64,000 nucleotides of DNA from an uncultured Candidatus Binatia bacterium (GTDB taxonomy: Bacteria; Desulfobacterota; Binatia; UBA9968; JAJDTQ01). The position numbers and the translations under genes are program-made. The stretch lies in the NCBI GenBank assembly GCA_964291295.2, contig OZ219754.1:1472001-1536000 (forward strand), in the 5' to 3' direction. Below the pieces are notes generated by a model. The model did not search any database and was not told the origin of the DNA. It worked only from the letters and a program-made list of their open reading frames with translations. Of the stretch, positions 1 through 10,482 are shown in pieces (the stretch's first letter is position 1; every line of letters starts with the position of its first letter).

Positions 1-2
1 AC

Positions 3-578
3 AAGCTCCGGGAAACCATCATCGACAACGTCATCCGGGCGGTGGTGCCGGCCCGCTACCTCGACGGCGATACGGCATTCCTGGTCAATCCCACCGGCAG
101 CTTCGAGATCGGCGGCCCCCAGGCGGACGCCGGTCTCACCGGGCGCAAGATCATCGTCGACACCTACGGCGGCATGGGCCGCCACGGCGGCGGCGCGTTT
201 TCCGGCAAGGACCCCTCCAAGGTGGACCGCAGCGCCGCGTACGTGGCCCGCTACGTGGCCAAGAACATCGTGGCCGCGGGACTGGCGCGCCGCTGCGAGA
301 TCCAGCTCGCCTACGTCATCGGCGTGGCGGAGCCGGTGTCCATCGCCGTCGACACCTTCGGCACCGGCGTGGTCCCGGACCCGGAGATCGTGAAGCTGGT
401 GCGCGAGCACTTCGAGCTCACTCCCAAGGGAATCATCGACGCGCTCCAGCTGCGGGCGCCGATCTACCAGAAATCCGCCGCCTACGGCCACTTCGGCCGC
501 AAACCGGAAAACGGCCTCTTCACCTGGGAGAAGACCGACCGGGCCGGGAAGCTGAGCGGCGCCGCCACCACGGGCTAG
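3..578 (+). CDS. metK: S-adenosylmethionine synthetase, C-terminal part (5' truncated by window edge)
   Basis: Signature motifs [40 protein letters not shown]. Confidence 0.97.
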   Translation, partial: KLRETIIDNVIRAVVPARYLDGDTAFLVNPTGSFEIGGPQADAGLTGRKIIVDTYGGMGRHGGGAFSGKDPSKVDRSAAYVARYVAKNIVAAGLARRCEIQLAYVIGVAEPVSIAVDTFGTGVVPDPEIVKLVREHFELTPKGIIDALQLRAPIYQKSAAYGHFGRKPENGLFTWEKTDRAGKLSGAATTG

Positions 579-661
579 TCCTCGACGCACGCCCCCAACC
601 TGTTCGGCGGTGACGGCGGCGCTGCCCCGGTGCGGCGGCGCCGTCACGGACGGAGAAGAAC

Positions 662-1930
662 ATGGCGAAACCGAAGTTCGACATCGCGGATCCCGGACTG
701 GCCGCGGAAGGCTGGAAGCGGGTGCTTTGGGCCGATCAGGAGATGCCGGTCCTGCGCAGCGTGCGTGCCCGTTTCGAGAAGGAAAAGCCGTTCAAGGGCC
801 TGCGGTTCTCCGCCTGCCTGCACGTGACCGCGGAGACCGCCAACCTCGCGCGCACCCTCAAGGCCGGCGGCGCCAGCGTGGTGCTGTGCGCATCCAATCC
901 ACTGTCGACGCAGGACGATGTGGCGGCGGCGCTGGTGAAGAAGGAGCGGCTGGCGGTGTTCGCGGTGCGCGGCGAGGACCACGAGAGCTACTACAGCCAC
1001 CTGAGGGCGGCGCTGGACCACCGCCCGGTGATCACGATGGACGACGGCGCCGACCTCGTTTCCATGCTGCATCAGGAGTACGCCCACCTGGCGGGCGGCA
1101 TGATGGCGTCCATGGAGGAGACCACCACCGGAGTCATCCGGCTCCGCGCCCTGGCTGCGGACAAGGCCCTCAGGATCCCCGTCATCGCGGTCAACGACGC
1201 CGCCACCAAGCACCTGTTCGACAACCGCTACGGCACCGGCCAGTCCACCATCGACGGCATCATCCGGGCAACGGACGTGCTGCTGGCGGGCAAGCGGGTG
1301 GTGGTGGCGGGCTACGGCTGGTGCGGCCGGGGCGTGGCCGCACGCGCCCGCGGCATGGGTGCCAAGGTGGTGGTCACCGAGGTGGATCCGGTGCGCGCCC
1401 TCGAAGCCTCCATGGACGGCTTCGAGGTCATGCCGATGAAGGATGCCGCCAGGGTCGGCGACCTCTTCATCACCCTCACCGGCGACATGCACGTGATCGG
1501 CAGGGAGCACCTCAAGGTCATGAAGGATGGCGCCATCATCTGCAACTCCGGCCACTTCGACATCGAGATCGACATCAAGGCCCTCACCGCCATGGCCGCC
1601 GGGTGCGAGAAGAACGTGCGCAACCACGTGGACTGCTACACCCTGCCCGACGGCAGGCGCCTCTTCCTTGTCGGCGAAGGCCGTCTCGTGAACCTCGCCG
1701 CCGCCGAAGGCCATCCCGCCTCTGTCATGGACATGAGCTTCGCCACCCAGGCGCTGGCCTCGGAATGGGCCGTCCAGCAGCGCGGCAAGCTCTCGCCCCA
1801 GGTCTACGAAGTCCCCCAGTCCCTGGAGGAATGGGTCGCCCGCATCAAGCTGGCCGCCATGGGCATCCGGATGGACAAGCTCACCCGGGAGCAGAAGCGT
1901 TATCTGTCTTCGTGGGAGATGGGGACCTGA
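662..1930 (+). CDS. ahcY: Adenosylhomocysteinase
   Basis: [57 protein letters not shown]; follows metK. Confidence 0.97.
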   Translation: MAKPKFDIADPGLAAEGWKRVLWADQEMPVLRSVRARFEKEKPFKGLRFSACLHVTAETANLARTLKAGGASVVLCASNPLSTQDDVAAALVKKERLAVFAVRGEDHESYYSHLRAALDHRPVITMDDGADLVSMLHQEYAHLAGGMMASMEETTTGVIRLRALAADKALRIPVIAVNDAATKHLFDNRYGTGQSTIDGIIRATDVLLAGKRVVVAGYGWCGRGVAARARGMGAKVVVTEVDPVRALEASMDGFEVMPMKDAARVGDLFITLTGDMHVIGREHLKVMKDGAIICNSGHFDIEIDIKALTAMAAGCEKNVRNHVDCYTLPDGRRLFLVGEGRLVNLAAAEGHPASVMDMSFATQALASEWAVQQRGKLSPQVYEVPQSLEEWVARIKLAAMGIRMDKLTREQKRYLSSWEMGT

Positions 1931-2019
1931 GGCGCACGGGCCGCGCGCCCATGACCCGGCGCGGGCGCGCAGGCACGCCCGTGCCTGCCCCGCCCCTGCC
2001 CGCCGGCGCACGGGGGCGT

Positions 2020-3192
2020 TCACACGAGCCGGGCGAAGAGTTCGTTGGCCAGCAGCAGACCCCGCGGCGCGAAACGCAGGCGGCGGTGCTCCCCGATCAA
2101 CAGCCCCTCCGACAGCCAGTCGGCGATGTCGGGAAAAGCCTCCTCGGGTCTTGTTCCGAAACGCCGTCCGAACGCCGGCAGCGAGACCCCGCCGATCATT
2201 CGCAACCCCGTGAACAGACATTCCGCCATGGCCTGCCGCCGCTCCGGGCGTTCCTGGTCGGTCACCGCGTGGCCGTCCTCGCCGGCACGGCGCATGTACG
2301 CCGCCGGCGTGCGCTCGTTCCACCAGCGTCGCCCCAGGGGATCGTCCGGCCTGCGGTGATGGCTGTGGGCGCCGGCGCCGATGCCGAGGTAGTCGCCGCC
2401 CTCCCAGTAGTTGATATTGTGGCGTGACTCCCGGCCGGGGCGGGCGTAGTTGGAGATCTCGTAACGCTCCAGGCCGGCGTCCGCCAAGTGGTGCTGGATG
2501 CGGTCGGCCATCTCGATCTCCACCTCCTCGTCCAGGGGTTCCAGCAGGCCCTGGCGGTAGCGGGCGTGGAAGGGGGTGCCTTCCTCGATGGTCAGGTTGT
2601 AGGCGGACAGGTGCGGCGGTTCGTGGGCGAGCGCCTGCGAGAGGTCCCGGCCTGCGCCGTCCACGGTCTGTCCCGGAATCCCGTGGATCAGGTCGAGGCT
2701 GAAGTTGTCAAAGCCCGCGGCCCGGACGCTTCGCAGGGCCGCGCGGGTCTCGTCCGGGCCGTGTGTCCGGCCCAGGAATCGGAGCAGCCCGGCGTCGAAG
2801 CTCTGCGCACCGATGCTGATGCGGTTCACCCCACAGGCGCGGTAGTCGTGGAAGCGGCCGGCGTCCACCACGCCGGGGTTTGCCTCCAGCGTGATCTCCG
2901 CCGGTTCGTCGAAACCGAAGAGCCGGGCGGCCTCGTCGAGCAGCGCGCCGATGCCGGTTCCGTGGAAGGTGGAGGGGGTGCCGCCGCCGAAGAAGACGGT
3001 CTTGACGGTGCGGTTCGCCCAGGCTTCGGACCCGGCGTAGTGACGCAGTTCACGCCGCAGGGCCTGCGTGTAGGCCTGCTCGGGTATGCGCGCGGCCACG
3101 TGCGAGTTGAAGTCGCAGTAGGGGCACTTGCTGGCGCACCAGGGAATGTGAACGTAGAGTGAAAAGGAGTCCGGCATGCGGTGCTCCGCCAT
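2020..3192 (-). CDS. hemW: Radical SAM heme chaperone HemW (HemN-like); start uncertain (3177/3192/3213)
   Basis: YVHIPWCASKCPYCDFNS (CxxxCxxC), GGGTPS, YEISNYA, HNINYW, YLGIGAGAHS. Confidence 0.9.
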   Translation of the reverse strand: MAEHRMPDSFSLYVHIPWCASKCPYCDFNSHVAARIPEQAYTQALRRELRHYAGSEAWANRTVKTVFFGGGTPSTFHGTGIGALLDEAARLFGFDEPAEITLEANPGVVDAGRFHDYRACGVNRISIGAQSFDAGLLRFLGRTHGPDETRAALRSVRAAGFDNFSLDLIHGIPGQTVDGAGRDLSQALAHEPPHLSAYNLTIEEGTPFHARYRQGLLEPLDEEVEIEMADRIQHHLADAGLERYEISNYARPGRESRHNINYWEGGDYLGIGAGAHSHHRRPDDPLGRRWWNERTPAAYMRRAGEDGHAVTDQERPERRQAMAECLFTGLRMIGGVSLPAFGRRFGTRPEEAFPDIADWLSEGLLIGEHRRLRFAPRGLLLANELFARLV

Positions 3193-3223
3193 GCGGCGGC
3201 GGGGCCGCCTCATGGCCCGGGGG

Positions 3224-4282
3224 TCACGGCTTGATGTCCTGCAGGAACCAGTCGCTCGCCACCTCCCTGCCCAGCCCCATCTTCCCGGCCGCCCGGAGGA
3301 TGCAGTGGCCCATGGCGGCGAACTGCACCCCGGTGCCGATGTTGTTGAGGAAGAAGGTGGTCTGGTGGGCGCCGGTGCGGCCGGGAGCGCGGCCGGACAG
3401 GAAGTCCGAGATCTCCGGATAGACGGTCCAGTCCCGGGGCTTCTCCCGGCGGACGCCCGGCAACGAGTCCGTGCCCGGCGGCAGGTGATGCCGTATGCCG
3501 CCCATCCGCGTATGAATGCCGGTGATGTCCGCCCTGGCGAATACGCTGTCGTCGAGTTCGAATTCGCGGATGGCGTTGTAGTGCACGCCGGGTTCCAGCA
3601 GGTCGCCCGACATGATGGGGGTCGAGGTGCTCGTGGCGGTGCAGACGATGTCGCATCCCGCCACCGCTGCCGCCACGCTGCCGGTAGGCTCCACCACGAT
3701 GCCGCCGGCCCCGTCCATCTCCCGGGCGAACGATTCCCGGTGTTCGGGCCGGGGGCTGTAGACCTTGACGGTCCTGATGGGCAGCACGTGGGTCAGCAGG
3801 CGGAAGTGGGCGCGCGCCTGGCCGCCGGTGCCGATGAGCCCCAGGGTGCCGGCTTCCGGCCGGCAGAGCGCCCTGGCCCCCAGGGCGCTGGTGATGGCCA
3901 CCCGGGTCTGCTGGATGACGCCGTCCGGCATGATCCCCAGGAGTTCACCGGTCTCCAGGCTGAACAACTGGACCAGGCCCAGAAACAGCCCGTTCCCGGC
4001 CAGCGGAAGCTTCTCCATCCGGACCGCGCCGTCATGGGTCTCTTCCCGGACCACGTCCGAGGTGATCCGCAGGGCCAGCGTGCCGAAGCGCTCCACCGCC
4101 CCCTCCACGGACTTGAAGCTGTAGGAGGCGTCGGCCATGGAGTGGTGCGTGTAGACGTGGCTGGTGGGGCGGTGCACCGAACGGCCCTCGGGAAGGTCCC
4201 GGTAGGCCGTCGCCAAGGCCTCCAGACATTCGTCGAGGTCGATGGCTGCCCGCACGTCGTCGTTGTCGAGGATTCGTGTCAT
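3224..4282 (-). CDS. Ornithine cyclodeaminase/mu-crystallin family protein
   Basis: TRVAITSALGA, GLIGTGGQA Rossmann motif, DIVCTAT, C-terminal GTGVQFAA. Confidence 0.85.
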   Translation of the reverse strand: MTRILDNDDVRAAIDLDECLEALATAYRDLPEGRSVHRPTSHVYTHHSMADASYSFKSVEGAVERFGTLALRITSDVVREETHDGAVRMEKLPLAGNGLFLGLVQLFSLETGELLGIMPDGVIQQTRVAITSALGARALCRPEAGTLGLIGTGGQARAHFRLLTHVLPIRTVKVYSPRPEHRESFAREMDGAGGIVVEPTGSVAAAVAGCDIVCTATSTSTPIMSGDLLEPGVHYNAIREFELDDSVFARADITGIHTRMGGIRHHLPPGTDSLPGVRREKPRDWTVYPEISDFLSGRAPGRTGAHQTTFFLNNIGTGVQFAAMGHCILRAAGKMGLGREVASDWFLQDIKP

Positions 4283-4799
4283 GGGGGTCCCTTCCGCGGG
4301 TTGGTGTCATGCGCCGCCGCGGTCCCGGGGCCGTTCCGGATGCCTCGGGCGGCTTCGCCGCGCGGCGACCCGGTGAACGGTCCCGCGGCCGGGAGGTCGA
4401 GAGCAACGACGCGAGAGCAACCACGGGAACCGCAGCGGGCGCAACGCCGGGGACATCCGGACGACGGTCGTCTCCATGGAAATTGCGCAAGACGGAGGGC
4501 TGTGGTTATCTTGTTGCAGGGCCGCGGCCAAGGCTCACACAGTGTAGGGCCATTGTCCTGTCCGGTCAATCGCGCGCCGGTGCGCGGGCGTGTCGCCGGC
4601 CCGACAGGATACGGACAGGATACGAGTTGCAATACGAGTTGCAGACGGAAAGTCACGCACGGAAGTTGCGGACAGAGGTTGCGGACCGAAAGCTTGCGGA
4701 CGGCATTTGCGGGCAGGATGCGCGTCCGACCGGCGGCCGAGGCAACGTCCGGTTTCGCCTTGCCCGGTTTCGCCTTGCCCGTCTTCTCGGAGGTTCCCC

Positions 4800-5660
4800 A
4801 TGCTGACCAACAAGGTAAGCGAGATCATGACGACCGCGGTCATCACCGCCGAGCCGTCGAGCACCATCCGGGATGTGACCCGACTGATGGTGGAGCGCCG
4901 GGTGGGCCGGGTGGTGATCACGGAGAACGCCGCTCCGGCCGGTATCTTCACGGAGACGGATCTCCTGAGACGGGTCATGAACCGCACTCTGGATGTGCAC
5001 AGGACGCCGGTACGCCGGGTCATGACCACGCCGGTCCAGGGGGTTCCCGAGGGGACCTCCATCGTCGAGGTGCTGGGGCGGATGTACAAGGGGCGCTACC
5101 GGCACTTGCTGGTCTACGGCCGCGACCGGCGCATGGCCGGTCTGGTGTCCATGCGCCGGATACTCAATCTGGTGGTGGAGCTGGGCGCGAACCTGCGCGA
5201 TTCCCGGACGGTGGGGGAGGTGGTTGCCAGCACGGTGACCGTGGTCGATGCCGCCACTCCGGTCACCGAGGTCATCGACCGGATGGTGCGGAAGCAGACG
5301 GGCTGCGTGATGGTTTCCGTCGACGGCCGGCCCGGCGGCATCTTTACCGAGCGGGACGTGCTGACGCGCATCGCCCTGGAAGACCGGGACATGGGTCAGG
5401 TTCCGGTGTCCCGGGTCATGACCCCCGATCCGCTGGTCGCCAGCGGCTCGACGCCGGTCCAGGAAGTGCTGGCGACCATGCGCGAGAACGGTTTTCGTCA
5501 CATGCCCGTGGCCGGCGGCGGGCACGAGCTGGCGGGCATCGTTTCGGTGGGCGACGTGCTCCAGTATGCCAAGGCGCTGGACATCGACGACGTGGTGCGC
5601 AAGGCGTGGAAGGAGATCGAGGAGTTCTGGGAGTCGGAGGAGAACTACACGCCGGGGTAG
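4800..5660 (+). CDS. Tandem CBS-domain protein (4 CBS repeats)
   Basis: Two GIFTE(T/R)D motifs, VxxVMT, RH(L/M)(L/P)V; GGAGG RBS before ATG 4800. Confidence 0.88.
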   Translation: MLTNKVSEIMTTAVITAEPSSTIRDVTRLMVERRVGRVVITENAAPAGIFTETDLLRRVMNRTLDVHRTPVRRVMTTPVQGVPEGTSIVEVLGRMYKGRYRHLLVYGRDRRMAGLVSMRRILNLVVELGANLRDSRTVGEVVASTVTVVDAATPVTEVIDRMVRKQTGCVMVSVDGRPGGIFTERDVLTRIALEDRDMGQVPVSRVMTPDPLVASGSTPVQEVLATMRENGFRHMPVAGGGHELAGIVSVGDVLQYAKALDIDDVVRKAWKEIEEFWESEENYTPG

Positions 5661-5706
5661 ACCGGGTCGGAACCTGCGGGTTTCGCGGTGACGGGCGGTC
5701 AATTGC

Positions 5707-5735
5707 TTGTTCCGGTTACGTTCTGTTGTTACAAT
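5707..5735 (+). promoter_or_regulatory. Putative sigma70 promoter for the oxidoreductase operon
   Basis: TTGTTC-17 nt-TACAAT with extended TG, about 40 nt upstream of ATG 5777. Confidence 0.5.
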
Positions 5736-5776
5736 GCCCGGCTATCCAATTTCGCCCCGCAACAATGGAGAACGAC

Positions 5777-7627
5777 ATGCCCGTTGTCAACGATCTCAGC
5801 ATTTGCGTCGCCACTGCCAACGGTTCGGGAAGCGCATCGTCCAACAACATCCTGTTCAAGTCCATCTTCAAGATGGGCATTCCCTGTTCCTCCAAGAACA
5901 TGTTTCCGTCCAACATCCAGGGACTGCCGACCTGGTACCAGATTCGGGCCAACGCTGACGGCTATCTCGGACGGAAGGACGTCATCGACGTCATGGTGAT
6001 GTTCAACGACGACACCGCGGACAAGGACATCCACCGGGTGCGGGATGGCGGGTTGATCCTTTACGACGACACCCGGCCGTTGCCGGACCATCTGAAGCGC
6101 GGCGGGGTCCGGTATCTCGGCGTGCCGGCCAACGGGCTGGTCCAGAAACACGTCGAAGCCGGTCCGCTGCGCGCCAAGCAGCGCAACATGCTGTACGTGG
6201 GCGCCCTGGCCTGTCTCTTCGGCATCGACATGGAGACGATTCGCGAGGTATTGAGCGACACCTTCGGCAACAAGCCCGCGGTCATCGAGTCCAACCTGCT
6301 CTGCATCGAGCTCGGCTACAACCACATGCGCGACAACAATCTGAGCCAGTCCATCGCCATGCTGGAGAAGATCCCGGGCGGAAATGACGGAAAGATCGTC
6401 ACCGAAGGCAACACCGCCTGCGCGCTCGGCGCGATATACGGCGGCGTCACGTTCTGCGCCTGGTATCCCATCACCCCGTCCAGTTCCCTGGCCGAGGCCC
6501 TGGAGCGGTACCTGCCGCGGTTGCGCCGGGACAAGGACGGCAAGCACACGTACGCCGTGATCCAGGCCGAGGACGAGGTCGCGGCCACCAGCATGGTGGC
6601 CGGGGCCGGCTGGACGGGCGCCCGGGCCATGACCTCCACCTCGGGGCCGGGACTCTCCCTGATGAACGAGACCCTCGGTCTCCAGTACTTCGCGGAGATA
6701 CCGGGCGTGTACTTCATCATCCAGCGCGGCGGGCCGTCCACCGGGCTGCCGACCCGCACGCAGCAGGCCGATATCCAGCTCATGCACGTGGCCTCCCACG
6801 GCGACACCCGGCACATCATTCTCATCCCCCACGACATGAAGTCCTGCTTCGACCTGAGCCGCAAGAGCTTCGACCTTGCCGACCGGTTCCAGACCCCCGT
6901 GTTCGTCATGATGGACCTCGACCTCGGCATGAACCTCTGGGGCTCGGATCCGCTGGAACTGGTACGGGAGCCGTTCGACCGGGGCAAGGTTCTCAGCGCC
7001 GCGGACCTGGACCGGCAGGGAAGTTTCGCGCGCTACCGGGACGTGGACGGCGACGGCGTGCCCCAGAGAACCCTGCCCGGCACCGAGCATCCGCTGGCGG
7101 CGTACTTCGCCCGCGGTTCGGGTCACGACGACCAGGCGCGCTACTCCGAGGACGAGCAGGACTACAAGGAGACCCTGGACCGGTTGCGGCGCAAGCACCA
7201 GACGGCCCGCGCCTGGGTCCCCGCGCCGTGGATCGAGGCCCGGCCCGACGTGAGTACCGGCGTGATCTGCTTCGGCTCCAGCTACGAGGCCGTGCGGGAG
7301 GCCCGGGACCGCCTCCGGGCACGGGGCACGGAAACGAATCACCTGCTCCTGAGAGCGTTGCCCCTGACCGATGATGTGGGAGGGTTCCTGGCCTCCCACG
7401 AAGTGGTCTATCTCATGGAGCAGAACCGCGACGGGCAGATGGCGGCGATCTTCAAGGACGAATATCCCGAGTTCGCCACCCGGATCGTGAGCATACTCGT
7501 CTACGACGGACTCCCCGCCACCGCCGGCGAGATCGTGCGGCAGGTCGAGACGCATCGCGAGGCGACCACCAACGGAATCGAAACGAAAGTGGACGAATCA
7601 TGGCAAAAGCAAATCGCGTCGGTCTGA
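5777..7627 (+). CDS. 2-oxoacid:ferredoxin oxidoreductase alpha subunit (gamma-alpha fusion)
   Basis: ATANGSGS, FPSNIQGLPTW, WYPITPSSS, QAEDE, TSTSGPGLSLM, QRGGPSTGLPT; GGAG RBS; the 1483-aa track ORF is over-extended. Confidence 0.92.
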   Translation: MPVVNDLSICVATANGSGSASSNNILFKSIFKMGIPCSSKNMFPSNIQGLPTWYQIRANADGYLGRKDVIDVMVMFNDDTADKDIHRVRDGGLILYDDTRPLPDHLKRGGVRYLGVPANGLVQKHVEAGPLRAKQRNMLYVGALACLFGIDMETIREVLSDTFGNKPAVIESNLLCIELGYNHMRDNNLSQSIAMLEKIPGGNDGKIVTEGNTACALGAIYGGVTFCAWYPITPSSSLAEALERYLPRLRRDKDGKHTYAVIQAEDEVAATSMVAGAGWTGARAMTSTSGPGLSLMNETLGLQYFAEIPGVYFIIQRGGPSTGLPTRTQQADIQLMHVASHGDTRHIILIPHDMKSCFDLSRKSFDLADRFQTPVFVMMDLDLGMNLWGSDPLELVREPFDRGKVLSAADLDRQGSFARYRDVDGDGVPQRTLPGTEHPLAAYFARGSGHDDQARYSEDEQDYKETLDRLRRKHQTARAWVPAPWIEARPDVSTGVICFGSSYEAVREARDRLRARGTETNHLLLRALPLTDDVGGFLASHEVVYLMEQNRDGQMAAIFKDEYPEFATRIVSILVYDGLPATAGEIVRQVETHREATTNGIETKVDESWQKQIASV

Positions 7628-8622
7628 CCGAAAGGGACTACAAGGGAGCGGAGTCGACCATGTGCCGCGGCTGCGGCCATGACGCCATCTCGGCGTCCAT
7701 CATGCGCGCCTTCTTCGCCAGCAGCGTGGACCCGCGCAAGGTCATCAAGCTGAGCGGCATCGGCTGCTCCTCCAAGACGCCCAACTACTTCATGAACCAG
7801 GCCTTCGGCATCAACGCCGTGCACGGCCGGATGGCGTCGGTGGCCACCGGCGCCAATGTCGGCAACCACGGCATGATTCCGCTGGGAATCTCCGGGGACG
7901 GCGACACCTCGGCCATCGGCCTCGGCAACTTCTGCCACATGATGCGGCGCAATGTGAACATCACCTACGTCATCGAGAACAACGGCGTGTACGGGCTGAC
8001 CAAGGGGCAGTTCTCCGCCACCGCGGACGAGGGCACGGTGATGAAGGGCGGAAAGATCAACGACATGCCGGCCATCGACCTGTGCGAACTGGCCATCACC
8101 TTGGGCGCCACCTACGTCGCCCGGAGCTTTTCCGGCGACCGGAAGCAGCTCGCGCCGCTGATCCAGGGCGCGGTGGCCCACAAGGGGAGCGCCATCCTGG
8201 ACGTGCTCAGCCCCTGCGTCACCTTCAACGACCATTCCGGCTCCACCAAGAGCCTCAAGTACATCCGCGAGCACCTGGACCCGCTCCACGACATCGATTT
8301 CATTCCGCCCTACGAGAACATCGAGGTGGACTACGACGAGGGGACCGATCAGGAAGTGACCCTGCACGATGGTTCGCGGATCACGCTCCACAAGCTCGGC
8401 CACAACTACGACCCCACCAACCGGATGCAGGCGGTGACCGCGCTCCATGCGGCGGTGGCCGAGCACAAGTTTCTGACCGGCCTCGTCTACCTCGACGAGG
8501 AACGGGCGGAGTTCATCGAGGACCTCAATCTTTGCGACACGCCGCTGGCCTTCCTGGACCAGGAAGCGGTGCAGCCGTCCCCCGAAACGTTGGACGCCAT
8601 CAACGCCGAGCTCATGAAATAG
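7600..8622 (+). CDS. 2-oxoacid:ferredoxin oxidoreductase beta subunit (TPP-binding)
   Basis: CRGCGH, SGIGCSSK, HGR, GDGD...NN TPP motif, YGLTKGQFS, SPCVTFN. Confidence 0.93.
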   Translation: MAKANRVGLTERDYKGAESTMCRGCGHDAISASIMRAFFASSVDPRKVIKLSGIGCSSKTPNYFMNQAFGINAVHGRMASVATGANVGNHGMIPLGISGDGDTSAIGLGNFCHMMRRNVNITYVIENNGVYGLTKGQFSATADEGTVMKGGKINDMPAIDLCELAITLGATYVARSFSGDRKQLAPLIQGAVAHKGSAILDVLSPCVTFNDHSGSTKSLKYIREHLDPLHDIDFIPPYENIEVDYDEGTDQEVTLHDGSRITLHKLGHNYDPTNRMQAVTALHAAVAEHKFLTGLVYLDEERAEFIEDLNLCDTPLAFLDQEAVQPSPETLDAINAELMK

Positions 8623-8642
8623 CCCGTCCGCGGCGCGACGAC

Positions 8643-9353
8643 ATGAGCACACCCCGTGAAGTCCTGATCCTCCACACCTCCGACCTGCATCTGGGCGAGG
8701 ACGGCGTTCCGGGCGGCGACGCGTCCGGCAACGTGCCGGTCCTCCAGCAGGTTCTTTCCACGGCCCGCACCGAGCAGGCCGACCTGGTCATCCTGGCCGG
8801 GGACACCTTCGACCACAACCGCCAGGGCGCCGGGCTCCTCAAGGACGTCTCGGAAGTCATGACGGACGCCGGTCTTCCCATCGTCATCCTGCCCGGCAAC
8901 CACGATCCGCTGACGCCGGACTCGGTCTACCGCAGGGCCGAATTCGCCAGCGCCGGCAACGTGCGGGTGCTGGGCCTCACCGCGGAACGGGGCGACTTTC
9001 CCGAACTCGACCTGGAGATCTGGGGCCGGCCCCATGTGGACTATCTGGACATGAAGCCGCTCCCCGAGCCTCCGGAACGGCGCACCCGCTGGCAGTTGGC
9101 CGTGGCCCACGGCCACTACGTCGAGGCCGCGCCCGGCTCGGCCGTGCTGCTGGGGTCGTGGCTGATCCGCCAGGAGAACCTCACCCGCAGCGGCGCCGAC
9201 TACGTGGCCCTGGGCCACTGGAACCGGGCCGTGCGGGTGGGCGATCCACGGATACCCGCCTACTACTCCGGCTCGCCGAGCTACGCCGGCACCGTCAACG
9301 CCATCCGGCTGCAGGGGGACGGCCGCGTGGTGGTGACGCAGATCCCGGTGTGA
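8643..9353 (+). CDS. Metallophosphoesterase (SbcD/Mre11-like nuclease domain)
   Basis: HTSDLHLG, AGDTFD, PGNHD, AHGH, YVALGHW, YSGSP. Confidence 0.85.
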   Translation: MSTPREVLILHTSDLHLGEDGVPGGDASGNVPVLQQVLSTARTEQADLVILAGDTFDHNRQGAGLLKDVSEVMTDAGLPIVILPGNHDPLTPDSVYRRAEFASAGNVRVLGLTAERGDFPELDLEIWGRPHVDYLDMKPLPEPPERRTRWQLAVAHGHYVEAAPGSAVLLGSWLIRQENLTRSGADYVALGHWNRAVRVGDPRIPAYYSGSPSYAGTVNAIRLQGDGRVVVTQIPV

Positions 9354-9466
9354 CCGGAACCGCGCCGGTTGGCCGTCGTTTCGCTCCGAAGCGTGCCGCC
9401 GCACCCGTCATTCCGGACCGGTCCGGGTAGGGGGTGACGGCTGCGCGGCGGATCGGCCGCGGTGTT

Positions 9467-10462
9467 TCAGTGATGGTGCGGGCGCTTGCGCTGGAGCCCG
9501 CCGTGACCCATGCGCAGGATCTCCTCGCGCGTCACCCGGGTTCCGGACAGGAGCTTGGGCAGCATGAAGTCGAAGGCGGTGACCGGGTCGTGGAGGACGC
9601 ATCCGGACAGGCCCAGGACCGGTATGTCTCCCAGGTAGCTCATCAGGAACATCGAGCCGGGCAGCACCGGGAAGCCGTGCGAGACGACATGGGCGCCGCT
9701 GCGGCGGATGCCTTCGGGGGTGAGGTCGTCCGGGTCCACGGACATGCCGCCGCTTACCAGGATGATCTCCGCGCCCCGGGCCGCGAAGTCCTTGATGTGG
9801 CCGGCGATGACGTCGGGGTCGTCGGGGGCCAGGGTGGCCGGCTCCAGGGTCGAGCCCATGGCCTCCACCTTCCTGCGCACCGCGGGCTCGAAGCCGTCCT
9901 TGATCCGGCCGGTGAACACCTCGCTGCCGGTCACCAGCAAAAAGACCTTGCGCGCGGGCACGGCGGCCACCGAGACGATGGATCCGCTCCGGCACAGGGC
10001 TTCCGCCCGCCCCACCCGCGCTTCCTCCACCACCACCGGGATGGTGCGGGTGCCACCCACCACCGTACCTTCCCGGACAAACTCTCCGGAGGGAAGCGTG
10101 GCGAGGATCAGGTCTCCCAGTTCGTTGAAGCGGAACAGCCGCTCCTCGTCCACCTCCAGCACGCCGTCCCGCTCCGCCACCAGGTTGACCCGGCCCTCGC
10201 TCGGATCGGTGAGCGTCAGCCCGGTGCCCGCGGCCGCCCGGGCCAGCCGCCTGGCGGCATCCTCCTCGTGCAGTTCGTCCGCCGCCAGCTCCATGATGTA
10301 GATGTGGGCCTTGCCCACGTCCAGCAGCCGGGGCACGTCCTCCTCGGCGATACGATGGCCGCGCCTGAACCGGGGCCCCTTGTGGCCGCCGGGAATGATC
10401 TCGGTGATGTCGTGAGCCAGCCGCAAACCCACCGCCTCTTCAACCGGAATGACCTTGAGCAT
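9467..10462 (-). CDS. Molybdopterin-binding protein (MoeA/CinA-like domain)
   Basis: LAHDITEI, HEEDAA, TGSEV, GGMSVDPDDLTP, PVLPGSMF, MGHGG. Confidence 0.85.
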   Translation of the reverse strand: MLKVIPVEEAVGLRLAHDITEIIPGGHKGPRFRRGHRIAEEDVPRLLDVGKAHIYIMELAADELHEEDAARRLARAAAGTGLTLTDPSEGRVNLVAERDGVLEVDEERLFRFNELGDLILATLPSGEFVREGTVVGGTRTIPVVVEEARVGRAEALCRSGSIVSVAAVPARKVFLLVTGSEVFTGRIKDGFEPAVRRKVEAMGSTLEPATLAPDDPDVIAGHIKDFAARGAEIILVSGGMSVDPDDLTPEGIRRSGAHVVSHGFPVLPGSMFLMSYLGDIPVLGLSGCVLHDPVTAFDFMLPKLLSGTRVTREEILRMGHGGLQRKRPHHH

Positions 10463-10482
10463 CCGTCGTCTCTCCCGGGAAT

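Noticed and set aside
579-661. SAH or SAM riboswitch upstream of ahcY
   Set aside because: Conserved SAH riboswitch core sequence not seen; only a simple hairpin
610-2427. Long Arg/Gly/Pro-rich alternative-frame ORFs here and throughout (e.g. 17762-19837 extension, 29659-32205, 14748-16598)
   Set aside because: Typical high-GC shadow ORFs overlapping well-supported genes, with no motifs
4503-4517. Sigma54 promoter (GG-N10-GC) upstream of the CBS gene
   Set aside because: Spacing fits but the -24 element departs from TGGCAC; too weak to call
3176-7627. 1483-aa ORF as one giant protein
   Set aside because: The first ~870 codons are a shadow frame overlapping the OCD and CBS genes; the real oxidoreductase alpha subunit starts at 5777 with its own promoter and RBS
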